Under the pieces are notes generated by a model. That model ran no database searches. It saw nothing but the letters and a program-made list of their open reading frames with translations, and was not told the DNA's origin. The position numbers and the translations under genes are program-made. Shown in pieces: positions 27,400 to 40,914 of a stretch of DNA of 64,000 nt. The stretch comes from Moniliella sp. 'wahieum'. Taxonomy: Eukaryota. The stretch is taken from the NCBI GenBank assembly GCA_003971905.1, contig RSEE01000092.1, positions 186,001-250,000 on the forward strand. Direction: 5' to 3'. Position 1 is the stretch's first letter. Every line of letters begins with the position of its first letter.

Positions 27400-29760
27400 A
27401 TGGACCCGCTCTTCGCCACCATGGCCGGCAGCCCCACCGCCGCCCGCCCCCGCCCCCCCCCCCCCCACCACCACCACCACCGCGAACCCCCCCGCGCTCG
27501 ACCCGTCGATGCTGGGCCAGCTGCCGCCGCCCTCGGCCTGGCCGGCCGCCACGCCGAACGACGCCGGCGCCATGCCGCCCCCCGCCTCGGCGCGCCCGCC
27601 GTCCCAGGGCCCCCGGTCGGTGCCGGCCTCCTCGCCTCTGCTCGCGCAGCGCGCCGACCCCCCGCGACCGCTCCGCGTCCCACTCCTCCACCCCGCACCT
27701 CGCCTCCGCCTCCGCCGCGTCGACGCCTCGCAACTTCCTTCCATCCCTACCCTCCTCGCGCTCGACCAGCCGCACGTGTACCTCCGCGCCCTCGTCGTGC
27801 TCCTCCTCCGCACCAACAAGGAGCTGCTCAAGGAGCGCGGCAACCTGGTCGCGGCCGGACAAGCGCGCTCTTCGCGCTCCCATGGGTACGTCTCCCTCCC
27901 GTCTCTCTCCCGTCTCCCTCCCGTTCCCGCTCCTCCCCCGTTTGGTTGGCGCCCACTGACTCCTCCCGGCTCATCCTAGTCTGCTTTCTCTGCTGCAGAG
28001 CAACCTCGCCTTCCTCGCCTGGCTCGCCGACGCGCACGTGGCCTCTTCCCTGACGGCGGACCAACGGAGCAAGATGCCCTCGCTCGCCTTCCCGCCCGCG
28101 GGCGTCTTCCCTGACCGCCACCCGCTCACGCTGCTCTACCAAGCCATCGCGCGTCTCGACCACGCCCAGCGCACCGACGCCCCCGTCCCGCCCGCCTCGG
28201 TCTTCCCACAAGAGCGGCAGGGCGAGCCACCCGCGACGCCTGCGCTGCTTGCCGCCCTGCGGCCTGGCAGTGCTTCGGGCCAGCCTGGCACGCCTGCCCG
28301 TGCCCTCTCGCTGCAAGACCCGTCCAGTACCACCCCCGCCCGCTTCCCCCCGCCCTCAATGGCCGTGGGGGCTTCGCCGGCCTTGGGCGCCGCACGCGCG
28401 CCGTCTCGCGCTGCCTCTGCCTCGGGTTCGCTCCTCGATGGAACTGGCGAGACCGGGGCCAGTCCGGTGCCCCCCTCCCATTCTACGCCCACAGCTTCAG
28501 CCCCAGTCCCAACCCCACCCACTACGACCACTTCTGCTGTCGCTCCCACACCTGCACCTGCACCTCCCGCTTCCGCACCTCCTTCCGCACCTGCTCCCGC
28601 TGCGCCCGCACCGGCGTCTCAGCCTGTCATCCCGCCCGACCTGACGACCGCGACGGCCAGTGCGCTACAAGCTCGTTTTGGCCCGATCGGTGTGCCGGCG
28701 TACAAGTTTGCAGACGCATTATGCTGGGCACCCGCACCCTTTTGTGCAGTACATTGAACGTACCCACCCATCTTTCTCCTCCTTCCTCTGCCTCAACAAC
28801 TGACCCAACTCGTCGCGCTCCAAGCTACCTTGGCCAAACAAAAACAGAACCTGCTGCGTGCCCGCGCCGCCGGTTCGCCCACCGGTTCTGGCTCACCACT
28901 TGCTCCTGCTTCAACCCCGGGCGCAGGTCAAGCTTCAGTCGCTTCAGCCGCTTCAGCCTCGCCTGCCATGCCGGGTGTAGGACCGGGGGTGGGAGTAGGA
29001 GCTGGCACGCCATCTGCTCCCACTGCTGCGGTCGGACTGTCAACCCCCATGCTGAGTCCCGCGCGAGGGGGGACGTCGACGTCGGCTGACTGGGCTTCCA
29101 GTCCGGCCGCAGCGCAGGCGCAGGTGGAGCAGGTCCCGCACCCGTACCCGCACCCGCAGCGGCGGGCGGGATGAGTCCCGCTGCGTTGGCCCATGCCACC
29201 AGTCCTATGATGACGCAACGTGGTCCTCCTTCCTTGTCGCACGGCACGCCTGTGGTTGCTTCAGTTGGTTCGGTCCCGTCGGCTGGGCCGCATGGTACAC
29301 CTGTACCCCAGTGGGGTGGGTTACCTTCCCAACCTCCTCAACAGCAGCAACAGCCTCAGCCTCAGCAGCAGCAACAGCCGCAGCAGCAGCAACAACCACA
29401 GCAGTCGCTCCACCTACAACCTCAACCGTTGTCGCAGCCTACGCAGGCGGCTCAAACGCCATTCACGATGCAGGGAGCGTTGCAGGCTATGGTGCCAGGG
29501 ATGCCGACTGGAATGCCGACTGGAATGCCGTCCATGTCAATGGCCGTGCCTTCGTCGGTGCCGCTTGCCAAGCGCAAGCGCAAGGACTACCCCAATCGCA
29601 ACCAGTCGGATCGATCAACCCGATGCTGGCGCAAGCGACTCCGGGTGGGCTGGGCGCGCCCACCCAGGCCCAGTTGCACCAGGCTCTGGCTCAGTTCCAA
29701 CAGCAGCAGGGCTTTGTCCCCTCGCCCAACCAGCCATTCATGGGCAACATGTTTGGATGA
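27400..29760 (+). CDS. SS18/SSXT (Snf11-like) domain protein with P/Q-rich tail, intron 27886-27979
   Basis: Spliced peptide VVLLLRTNKELLKE...HG|LLSLLQSNLAFLAWLAD resembles the SNH signature (LHRNLVYLATIAD). Followed by LTLLYQAIARL and a poly-Q/M-rich C-terminus ending MGNMFG*. Confidence 0.65.
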
Positions 29761-30310
29761 TATGGCGAGGAAAGGGAAGGGAACGAGGGGGAGACGAGGG
29801 ACGTGGGAGGAACCAGGCGAGCGAGCTAAACGTGTTGTGTACCGTGGGGATCGAATCGATGGCAGCTACACGTGCCAGGTACCTCGTGCCCGCCCCCCCC
29901 CCCCGCGCCACTGCTCTCGTACCATTGTTTTGATCTATCTTGCTTGTCTTGTACTATGGGCATGTGTTATGAACGCGTGGGCGCAGATTGAGATTGTGAT
30001 GCATGGCCTCAAAGTGGAGGGTCGACGGTGTTGGACGCGGGCGAGTAGTACAGGAATGGGGAATCGGACGTTGTTGGACGTCAGGGGCATGAGATCTCAG
30101 AGGCAACAGCAAGAAAGAGGAAGTATAAGCGCGTGGGGGGAAACGGATGAGGGGGATTGTTTTGGGGGATGGGGTGGGGGTGGGGGGGGGGGCAGGAGAC
30201 GAGCAAAGTAGATTGGGCAGAACAGGTTGCCAGTGTCGAGGGCAGCGGGTAGCGGGCAGCGGGCAGCAGGCAGCGCGCCACAGGGGCAGGAACGAACGAT
30301 GCCGAAACGG

Positions 30311-32476
30311 ATTAGAGAGCCTTACGTCCGGCTTCGAGCGCGAGTTGAACCATGGTCACCAACTCTGCCACCGGTTCCAGTCCGACCGAGATACGGACGA
30401 GGAAAGGGTCTACGCCATAGGATTGTGCCCAGTCCAGCTCCGCGTAGGGGCCAAGATGGCAAAGGGACAGGCCAGGGTAAAGTTAGTTCCGAGCGAAGGG
30501 CCCTTGGGGCAGGCCATAGCATCGAAAAATGCTTGCGCTGCCGCTGGGGTGGTGAAGAAGAGCGAAAAGAGACCGCCGTAGCCGCCGGCTTGGTGACCTC
30601 CGCCCGGAAGGAAAGGTACTTTGCGCCGACACATGTCGTAGTTCCCTCGGCTCTCACTGAGGCTGGGTACTTGATTTCCTTGACGACGCGCTCGGCTTCG
30701 GGACGCGCTTGGTCCTGCTGCAACAAGCGAAGGACCGCTTCGGTGTTCTGGTTGATACGCTCGACGCGCGCGACAAAGTCCGGAGTTGCGTTCGAGGTAC
30801 AGCGCATCCTCGTCGTACAGCGTATCTTCGTAGTCTCCTTGATGGCCTGGCGTAGGGCCGGTGCATGGCGCGAAACCGTGTTGAGCACAACGAGCCCCCC
30901 ATCACATTCACATCCCCACTAAACACTTTGGTTAGGGACGACACGACCATATCCGCATACGGAAGTACCTCCACATTCAAAAAGTTGCCCACGGTCTCGT
31001 CGACAACAATCACAAACCCGTACTGGTCTGCCAACGCGCGCAGGCGCGGAAGGTTCGGCGCCCAGCAGCGGGTTGGATGGGAACTCACAGAACAAGGCGA
31101 GCACTTTGGTCTCTCCCTGCGCTGCTTTGGCCTCGAGCAGCGCCTCGAGCCGGTCCACATCCTCCTCGGTTCCATGCCCAAAGAACTCGCAGCCAGGACC
31201 CCACTTTTGAAGAATCTTGAGCGTATCCGTATACGGGAAGCTGTGAAGGGGGGACGGGGTTAGCGAGGTTAGATGAACACCAAGAAAAATATGGACGGAA
31301 GGAAAAAAATGAAAGGGAAAGGGAAAAGGGAAAGACCTACCCAAAACAAATGCTTACTCCGACCGACTCGGGACCAGCTTCATTGGTCTGGGCCAGCATG
31401 GCAAACTGGTGCGCATTCCAGATCGCACTCATGCCCGTGGGAAGAGATAAACGTCGTCTTCAGTCACGGTGGTACCTTGACGGGACACTTGCGCCGGTGG
31501 CGAGGTAAGCCTCTTCGTCTGCATGGTCGTCCAGCCGGGCCGGATCGGTGCCCTTTTGGTCCACCAACAGAGTACCGGCAATCCGACGGCGCACTGCCGA
31601 CTTGGCCAGGGTCGCTGACGACAGGGGCAAGTTACGGCCAAAGCGTTCTTCTACAAACGCCGCCTGGTCCGCCGTGACCTCTTCCTGCGCCTGGCCCGGA
31701 GGCGCCAAGGCAGCCGCAACCGCCGAGGTGGTGAGGGTGCCGCTGCCAGCGAGGGTGGTGGAAGGGGTAGATGTGCTGCTCGGGAAGAGACGGGGGTGGT
31801 ACGAGATTCCTTGGCCAGCTGGGCCGAGGGACGTGAGTAGTGCCGGTTTTGGAAGAGACGCTGTTTGTACGGGTTGCCAGTCGTCGGAAGAGGGGCACCC
31901 GACGTGCTGGTGGCCGCCTCGGCGGGCGAGAGCTTGTTCTGCTCGGCGAGGATGGCGAGACACTTGTCGGCCAAGCGGGAGGAGATGCCAGAGCCAGCGT
32001 GCTGCCAGAAGGCCTTGGCGAGCGGGAAGACGTCGGCCGGGAAGATGAGGACGTGGAGCTGGACCGTGTCGGGCTGGGAGCAGGGGTCGGTCGCGGGGGC
32101 GGGCGTGCGGTGGTGGCGCTGGCGGTGGGGACGAGGCAGACGGGGCGATGCGGATGGCGAGCGGCTGGGCGCCGTGCTGGGCCTGGATGAAGGTGCGGGC
32201 GGCCTGGGCAATGCGGTGGGAGGGGAAGAGCATGACCTGCTCGCCGGGGCGCGCAAAGCGCTGGGCAAAGTGGTCGGCAAGGCGGGTGATGTTGCGGGCG
32301 ATAAAGAAGCGCGGGTAGCCGCACTGCATCACGCTGCCCAGGCGGCCCTCCTCGTAGTCGACGTTGTCCTGCCAGTGCGGCAGCGACACGGACACGGCGT
32401 GGGGCACGTCGGGCGGGATGGAGTGTCCGACGGGGATCTCGGCGGGGAGAGAAGCGGCGGCCTCAGCAGCAGCCAT
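30311..32476 (-). CDS. STR2: Cystathionine gamma-synthase (Str2-type), intron 31340-31241
   Basis: [87 protein letters not shown] (PLP lysine), [15 protein letters not shown]. Confidence 0.93.
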
Positions 32477-33689
32477 GGCGAGAGTGGTGGTGGTGGTGGT
32501 GGCGGTGGTGGTGGTGGGGATGGTGGGGGAAGTGGAGAGGGTGGACTTCGCCCGACTTGTGCCCGCCGAGAAAAAGCCGGAAGGCCAAGTCCGCCACCGA
32601 GTAGGATCTTCTATTACCATATCGGAGGGTCCATCAGAATCCGCCAACAACCCTACTGCTCCGACCTGAACCCTACTGCTCCCCGACCTGCACGTACGGG
32701 GGGGGCTGCGCCGACTATCGGGCATATGACAAGAGTCGCGTCGACGCCTCCCTCCACTCCCTTACAATGCCCCCTACCCGTACTCACCGCCGGTGCCCCC
32801 ATTGCCGCACCAACGACCACACTGGCACACGGTGCCCCTTCAATCCACTCCCACGTTTGTGCCCCCACTGCCGTCGACCTGGCTACAAGGCTGCCGCGGA
32901 GCGGTGGAGCAAGGAGGAGATGTGGAAAGCAATTGGGGTCTTTGCGACAAAATAAGGGGGGGGGGGAAGGACAAGAAAGGGGGGCAGGACAAGAAGAGAG
33001 GGGGGGGCAAAGGGGATTGGTGGAAGGATGGAGCAAGGATGGTCGATGCTCCAGAGGTGGCCGGCTCCATCCATGTAACGTGAATTACGTCGACCCTCTA
33101 CGCCGGCTGGATGGTAGTAACGTGTCTGAAGCCTCCGGGGCTGAGCGACGGGTAGATGCAGTGGAACGGACAGACACTTCCAGGTCTGAGGCATGGCAGT
33201 GGCTGTGAAAGGAACCTACGCGACACGCTGTGGTACGGAGAACCGACGCGGCTGATGGAAGGCTCGCGCGACTGGGCAGCTGGAAGGATAGAGTGCGACT
33301 TGGCAGCACTCGCGATCCTATGGATGAGCTGCAAAGCAGCCTTCAGATAGGCGTGAAGGCAAAGAGGTGAGCCACAAGTCTTCAGGCAACATCTGAATTG
33401 AAGGGAAGGAGACAGGAGAGAGAGAAGGGGCATAAAGAGCAGGGCGGCGCGCCCTGCGAGCGAAACTCTTCCGCCCGGTTAAGTGATCGTCACTGATCCA
33501 CCGAGAGTCGTGCAAGGGAACCCCAGCACTACCCTCCAACAGAAGCAAGCGGAGGCTGCGAAGGCACCAAGGATGTCATCCGATAGCACTTCCTCGTTAA
33601 ATATTAACTACGAATGGGCAACCCTAGCAGTGCTTGATTTTTCACCTCCGCCGTCGCGCTGCCCGCCATCGACCATCGCGCTCCCCGGC

Positions 33690-34318
33690 ATGACCACGAG
33701 CGCGATGGGCAGCAGCAGCCCCCCCGCCGCCTCCGCGCCCGGCCGCCTCGAGGCCCACGACGGCGCCGACGTGTTCCAGCTCACGTACGATCCGCTGGAC
33801 GAGGCTGCGGCGGCGCGGCATGTGCGCCGCGCCACCGCCGGCGCCACGTGCGTGTTGTCGGCTCGACCCGCGACTCGTTTGGCGGCCACCGCGTGAGCCA
33901 GCTCGAGTACGAGGCGTACACGTCCATGGCGCTCAAGGCGCTGTGCTCCCTGGCGCAGAAAGCGCGTGCAGGCCAGCTGCCCCGTCCCGCCGGCACACCC
34001 GCCCTTGCTGGCCACGCTCCGACCCCACTGTCCGCGCCGAGGACGACACGGTGCAGAGCATCTACATTGCCCATCGTCTGGGTGTCGTGCCCGTGGGCGA
34101 GGCCAGCGTGGTGATTGCCGTCGCGACGGGCCATCGTCGTGCTGCCTTCGCCATGGCCGAGGCGATGCTGGAAGAACTCAAGCGCTCCGTGCCCATATGG
34201 AAGCGCGAGTTCTATGCGTCTGGAACCGCCAGCCAGCAGGACGCTCGTCCTGGCCCCACCGACGCCCCCGCTGCAACCGCCCCCAACGTGGAAAGCCAAC
34301 TTTGCCCCCGACGCGTAA
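33690..34318 (+). CDS. MOCS2: Molybdopterin synthase catalytic subunit (MoaE/MOCS2B)
   Basis: GSTRDSFGG..VSQLEYEAY, IAHRLGVVPVGEASVVIAVATGHRRAAF, LEELKRSVPIWKREFY, terminal WKANF. Confidence 0.93.
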
Positions 34319-34370
34319 CCCACTCGCGTTGCCTGGGTCAACACCGAGACACCGAGACACCGAGTCCCCC

Positions 34371-34447
34371 AGACCACAGACCACAGACCACAGACCACAG
34401 ACCACAGACCACAGACCACAGACCACAGACCACAGACCACAGACCAC
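34371..34447 (+). repeat. Heptanucleotide tandem repeat (AGACCAC)11
   Basis: Perfect 7-bp unit, 11 copies, just 3' of the MOCS2B stop. Confidence 0.95.
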
Positions 34448-35355
34448 CGATCCCAGATCCCAGATCGACTGGATCCCCCTTGTTCATGCCTTTCTCGCCA
34501 GCCTATTTCTTATCCTCTGCATCTGTTCCGCGCTACGCCATGTCCTTGCCTGCCCTATCCCCGCGCGTTTCGCGCGAGCGCAAGGACCGCCCGCTATGCA
34601 TTTTGTACATCGTAGCCTATGCCAGTTGCGTGCCGACAGCCAGGGCCAAGCGGAATCGCAGCCAGCGTCAATGCACAGTGCCACCTTGCTTGTGATGGCA
34701 ACGGCTCTTACTTGCGTCACGGATGGGAGCAGTCAATCCAAATGGATCCTACAGCACACCGAGCACCCGGTGCACCTGCACGGCGTGGTGCGAACGATCT
34801 CAGCGCTATGTCAGCATGGGCACGTAAATCAGATCTCAGACCACATGGCTACATGACCAGCTAGTACCGTGTCCACTCCCTTATTCTCTCCATCTCCTGT
34901 CCTGTATCTACCAGTGTGCTTAGGACTGCTCTGAATGAACTACACCACCATCCCTCACTTCCCTTGACACGCTATGGGGGGGGCTGCGAGGACAGCAACT
35001 GAAGGATGGAAGAACGGGAGACCGGGAGATCTAAGCATGTATGAAGGAGGGGTCGAATTAATACTGAACAAGGCTCCGGCCCAGGCAGGAGAAGGGCAGA
35101 AAATGCGACACGTGCAAGACCAAGGATCCAAGCAACAGACGGGGAAGGGTAGGGTAGGGGGGGCGAAGGGGGGAAGGGGAAGAGAACAGAGCGGAGCAGA
35201 AGAAGAGAGAACAGAAAAGGAGAGAGAGAGAGAAAACAAAAGCCAAGCCAACTAGACACGGCACGGCGTTGGGGGGGACACAGCCACGGCCCACTGGGCA
35301 CCCATCCCAACCAACCTCCCATGACAGGCACGACACGCACGACAAGTACGAAGCC

Positions 35356-38300
35356 TCAGGCCTCACAGGTCGGGGAAGGCACGGACTCAAGCGCCGAGGC
35401 AACCGAGTACTCCGACGCACTCGACACGGCACTTGCAGTACTCTTAGTTCGTCCCAGGTCGGCGGAGACATGCATGACATCGGTCGCGCGGGGCACATTG
35501 ACATTAAGCCCCGTCGAAGGTTCCAGCACACGATCACGTTCGAACATGCTAGCCAAGGAAGCGGTGCGGGCGGAGGAGCGACGTGCGAGGCGCGGAGTGG
35601 ATCCCTGTGGTGTGGCCGGAGGAAAGTAAGCGAAGTGGGACGGTGGCGTACGTACGTCCATCGAGGTCCGACGCGAAGCAGCTTCCCTCGTTTCCAGTGC
35701 AGCCACCTTGCTGCGTACCGAGGGTACCATTCGACCCAAGGGCGCAGGAGAGGGCGAGAGCGAGAGCGCGGGCGGTCGGTCGCTCGGCCCGTCAGAGGCG
35801 CCGAGTAAGGCGGCAAAGAGAGCGTCGGCGGGACGTAGGGCCCACCCGGGCGGACAGGTACGCGGCTCGGTCTTCGTTGGTGACGAGGCGGGCGATCGGA
35901 GTGGGCTAGGGTGAGAGGACCAACCGCGCGGGGTGGTGGTTGGGTCAGGCGCGCGGCGTGAGCGTGCGCCTGCGCGTGCAAGGGCGCAGGCTATGGTCGC
36001 CGTAGAGCGATGCGGGAGCGCAGTCGAGGTCGAGTCGGTCGAGTGGACCGAGCCAAGGGATGTGATGCTCAAATCGCGACTATGGTCCGCCTCGACCAGA
36101 GGAGGCAACGGGGCCTTGTCCCAACCTGTCTGGCTCATGGTCGAGTCGGTAGAGTGGGACGTATCCCACTCTGCCTGTCTCGCCTCGTCGCGGCCCGGCC
36201 CAAGACAATGCCACCTCATCAATCGACTCATCGTTCAGCCGCACCGACTTGTCCCCGGCGTCCTGGCAATCTGCCGGTTAGGGTCGCCATCAGGATCGCC
36301 ATGTGCATCAGCAGCATGCCAGCACGTCGTTCGGGTCGACGTAAGGTCGTTTGAGCGAGGTGCAGAGCAGCGGGTCCGGGGACACCCGCGCGAGGCAAAG
36401 TAAGAGCAAGAGGTATAGCTGGCTGGACGGACGGCGCAGCAGGTTGCGCAGCTAGACGGGCTTGGCGTTGTGCGAGGATGGCCTGGGGCAGCGCGTGGGC
36501 GTTGAAGGCGGTCGAACGGGGAGGTAGAACGTGACTCTACCTCGGAACGCCGAAGACAGTTGGTCATCGTCAATCGAGATGCCCAGCCCCAGGAGATCCA
36601 TCTTGCTTGCCCGCCCGCCTCGGCTTCCGGCTGAACCGAGCCGTTACGCCGCGCCGTCGCACTGCGGATGGCCGAGTGAATGAAGTCGAGCGACTTTTTG
36701 GTGAGCCACATGACGGCCCCGTCGCGGCGCCCCATTCTCCCCCGCAGCTTGAGACGGCAGAGGCACAGGAGCGTCGGCCGGGGCTTGGTGCCGAAACAGA
36801 GGGATGGGGCCTCGGTGCCGGCCACCCGAGACCGTGGCCTCGCCTTGGCGGGATGCTGGCGGAGGAAAGACAAATGGTCGTAGGCGAGACTGGCCGTTCT
36901 TGGAACAGGGCGAACGATTGGCAGGTTTCTTGGGGCTGCCCATGGCCTCGGCCGAACGGACTCGAGCAATGCGGTCGGCATCCATGGTCGGGGAAGCAAG
37001 GAGTTGGGTGCCGTAGGTCGAAGGGGGAGGGTCAAGCGAAAGAAAGTTGACCACTGTGACGGGCAACTCGACCGAGACGTGAGACGCCATAGCGCTCTGG
37101 ACCGAAACCTTGATGCTGTACAGGACCTCGAGGTAGCGACTGCGGGCCATGGTAAGAGCTTGAGGGGGCAGCAGCATCCAGTGCGTAAACTCATCGTTTC
37201 CCCTGCCTCGGCCCCAGGCCACCACCCACGAGCGGTGAGATCGCCATTGGCGCCTCTCTGTCCAGCCTCCATGGTCTCCTCGATCAACTTCTTGCGACTG
37301 GTGGTGGTAGAGCAAGCGTCGGGGTCAAGGTAGCCATATTTGCCTTCGGGACCAATGTCCAAGTCTTCTTGAGGACGGAAAAGCGTGACGGTACGCACGA
37401 GCGAGAGCGTGACACCCTTGATCTAGCAATCCGAGTTAATGTCAGCCATATGGGACGGGGGGGATGGATGGGATGGTAGAGGGGATGAGATAACAGAGGG
37501 GAGGAAGGGCCAACATACTTTTTTGTCCGTTTCGTTATTAACTTTGACACGGATGTAGACTCTCTGACCAGCAACCCAAGAGGGCCGATGGAGGTAGACA
37601 GAGAGGTAGACCTTTCCCGGTCCGCCCATGAAGAGGCTCTTGGAGGCCGAGCATGAATGGGTAGGGAGCACTGGCCAAGACAGCCGCGGGGTTGAGGTAA
37701 GGGTAAAGTTCGACTTGGCGGTAAAAGGGGCGATCGAGCCTGGGTCCTGGTCTCCACTACGGACCTTGACAGAGGCAATGGCAATGTACCGCACGGCAGC
37801 GTGTTTGCCATAGTAGACTCCCTTGGCACCCTTGCCCACTGGTACCTCGAGCGTAAAGGGATCACATGTTCCCCTTCGCGTGCGGCAAAGTAACCTTCTT
37901 CGTCCATTGTACTCGCGTACAAGTTCGGGCGCGTCGAGGGCCTTGGGGCCTGGCGACATGGACGGGGAACCATGAAGAATAAAGTTATCTTCGTCGCCAG
38001 TGACAATGGTGGCCTGGTGGTAAAACAGGTGGGCGTATCCTGGCCTACCAACTCTTCAAACCCCAGCACGCGCACCTTGGGCTGGCTCAGACGGATCAAA
38101 CCGCGCTTATCGCTCTCCTTGGGGATCTTGAGTACCATGGACCCAACCAGTCTCCCGCCCTCGACGACCAGGTCCGACTCGAGCCGTAGATCCAGCTTGA
38201 CACGCATGCTGCTGCGGTCGTGCTCGAGTTGACCCTGTATCCGGCACATATGCTCCTCCCGCGAATCGGAACGCTGGCCATACCAGCTCGTCCCGAGGTA

Positions 38301-39183
38301 GACATCCGTGGTTTGGCCCCCAAGACGCGCGACAGTTCTTGGGAGCGAAGGAGCGGGTGAGGCGTGGCACTGAGCAGGGTACCGGCGCGGTCCAAGGCGT
38401 AGGAATCCTTGATTGGACTGGAAGGGAGGGAGGCGGTAGCAGAGTTGATAGGCCAAGAGGGCGAGTAAGAGGTGACAAAGGACGGGTTGGCTGTGCTCAT
38501 CTGGGTAGAGTGGGGGATTGGGCTTGTTTCTGTGAGGTCCGGGGGGAACTGGGCGGAAAGGGAGTTGAGGGCGTGAAGGGCTTCACGGTGCTCGGCCTGG
38601 GAAACCCTTCTTCCTCCTGCTTGTCTCCGGGCGGGGAAGGAGGGATGAAAAGGCAAGAAAACATCGTTCTCTTGCACGGCATGGGGCGGCGGTGAGAATG
38701 GGCCGAAGCGCCGAGGGACACAGACGAAGGCGGAGGCGGAGGGGGTTGCGGTGCAGAAACAGAATCCGGAGGGGCAGTCATGAGGTGCGCTCTGGGCGTG
38801 GGCGAGGCACGGTTGGCAAATTGCTGGTACGCCCTGGCCTCGGCCCGCGATGCGCCGCCCTGGCCAGGAGGAGCGGGGTGCGCCAGCTGGCCGACCTGGT
38901 ACATGGGCTGAGCCACGACGGGGGCAGCGGCGGCCGAGGCGGCGCGGCGGTGGCCGCGGCTGGGCGAGCGCTGCGGAGAGCGGTGCGGAGAGCGCGGGGG
39001 TGGGGGCGCTGGGGCGAGCGCTGGGGCGAGCGCTGGGGCGAGCTGTCGGGCGAGAGGGCGAGAGGCGGGGCGGAGGCGGTGTGTGGGCGTGGGAGTAGGA
39101 GGCGCGCGGGGGACGCCGAGGGCGTGACGGCGGGGGGCGGCGATGCCTGCGCCCGGGCGGTGGCGGCGATGGCGGAGCCCCAT
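35356..39183 (-). CDS. Arrestin-fold domain protein with long disordered termini, intron 37518-37423
   Basis: Beta-sandwich-like segments VKLDLRLESDLVVEGGRLVG, FTLEVPVGKGAKG, VRYIAIASVKV, LHRPSWVAGQRVYIRVKVNNETDKK, VSVELPVTVVNFLSLDPPP. Confidence 0.75.
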
Positions 39184-40914
39184 GCGGCCGAGTGGGTGGA
39201 GATGGAGGTGGTGGGGGGGGGGTGGCTTTGGTGGGTGGGGGGACGGGCGGTGGGCGACGAAGCAGCGTCACGCGCCCCACGCACCACCCATCACGTGATA
39301 CATCGCCCACCACTGCCCCGTGCGGACGGCTTGTTTTGTTTCAAGCTTTCAGCGTGGCGCCCATCCAGCATCCAACATGCATCTTCCGTCCACGTTCAGT
39401 TCACGTTTACCATCCACATCCATCATCCATCATCCGCCCGCACCGCCAGACAAAAAGCGGGGGTGGATGTCTGGCTGCGGCATGTGGCGCGCACAGCCGC
39501 CCTCTCGCGCCTAGCCTGCACTCTCCCGCCGGCCTCTTCCACCTCCGTTCGCCCACATCCTCGCCCCCGTCCGCCCACTCCATCCCCGAACTCAGATTCA
39601 GACTAGACCAGCAATCGGGAACGCCGTGTGTGTGCCGTGTGATGCCCTACATGCAATCACATGTGGATCGGCCCGCCTTGGTCCCCATTTCCCGGGTGCC
39701 GGTTCCCATTGCTTCAACCATCATCATTAATCATTCTTCTTGGTGTCGAGGACGTTGAGGGTTGTGACTTCGATTGTAACCGATAGTAACCCGGTAACCG
39801 GTCACTGGGTCACCGTTGACTCGTTGAGGGAGTTTCACGTGTTGGGTTCCAACATCAACGTCTCATCGTCGAAATGTTGAAGTTCAACTTGGACCGACAG
39901 CCTGTGGATCGAATGTAGAGAGTGTGCAGGAAAGAGAAGGATTCAATTTCATGATCGACGTTCGGGATGTGCGTTGTTTTCCTTTTTGTCCTGCCAACTA
40001 AAAAGACACCTTCTCGTCACGCTTGACGTCAAGCTTGACCCATCGCACAATCTTCGGGAACGTACGTTGAACGGTAGTGTACCTGGGCGGCCGCCGCTCA
40101 GGCGCTCAGGAGCACCTGGCCAACCTGCAAACTTTCCCACCTCACCGAAGTACTGACTACTACTTATATATAGTAGCACTGGAGAGTAGTCGGACTGGCA
40201 CGTGACCAAGCCCCAAATGCACGGTACTGACCACGGGAGCAAAATAATGATGAATGAGCGCAATGAGCCAAGTACCTGCGCTAGTAGATTCTCATCCTCC
40301 CCCAGATTAACAAACCGCTGTGTAATTGTGTGTTGTTACTAGGAGTAGCTTCTACCCAAGTGCACCCAAACCCACAAAGTCCGTCCTGCTCGGGCTGTGA
40401 CGGTGCAGTACACTTATAGGGGAGGAACGAGAGGATGGCGAATCAGTCTACTAAAAAACTATAATACTAAAAAGTCGTTGCGACCCTCTGACCTCAACTT
40501 GCCCCACTCGTTTGTTCCATCCTTATTAGTTACTTCTGTGCACGTCCCTCCTGTGCAAGCAGGCTTAGTTCCCCTTCCTCCTATGCAAGCAGCCTGAGTC
40601 CATCTTGATCCGCCCCGCACCGAAAAAAACGAGGCGTCAACATATCCATGGGCTCTTCCGCCCCATATATCCATGGACTCTCTTCCGCCCCATTCTCGCC
40701 GTGTCGCCGCCATGTGGCCACTCTGGATGGCTATCTGGCAGGATGCAGCATAAGGGGAACGACAAGAGGCTGAATGTGAATTGGGACATGATGTATGGTG
40801 TATGATGCTACAGGGGAGGGAAGAGACGCGTGCCGAGATCGAGATGGAACGGGGATCATAATGTGATGTACTGATGTACCGAGGTTAGGCCTTAGGAGTC
40901 GTACCCACAAAGAA

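Noticed and set aside
33000..33690. Possible upstream MOCS2A (MoaD) ORF forming a bicistronic MOCS2 as in animals
   Set aside because: No small ORF ending in the PPxSGG motif was found upstream.
34318..34856. ORFs extending MOCS2B through QTTDHRP repeats
   Set aside because: These are translations of the (AGACCAC)11 microsatellite; the conserved WKAN ending stops at 34318.
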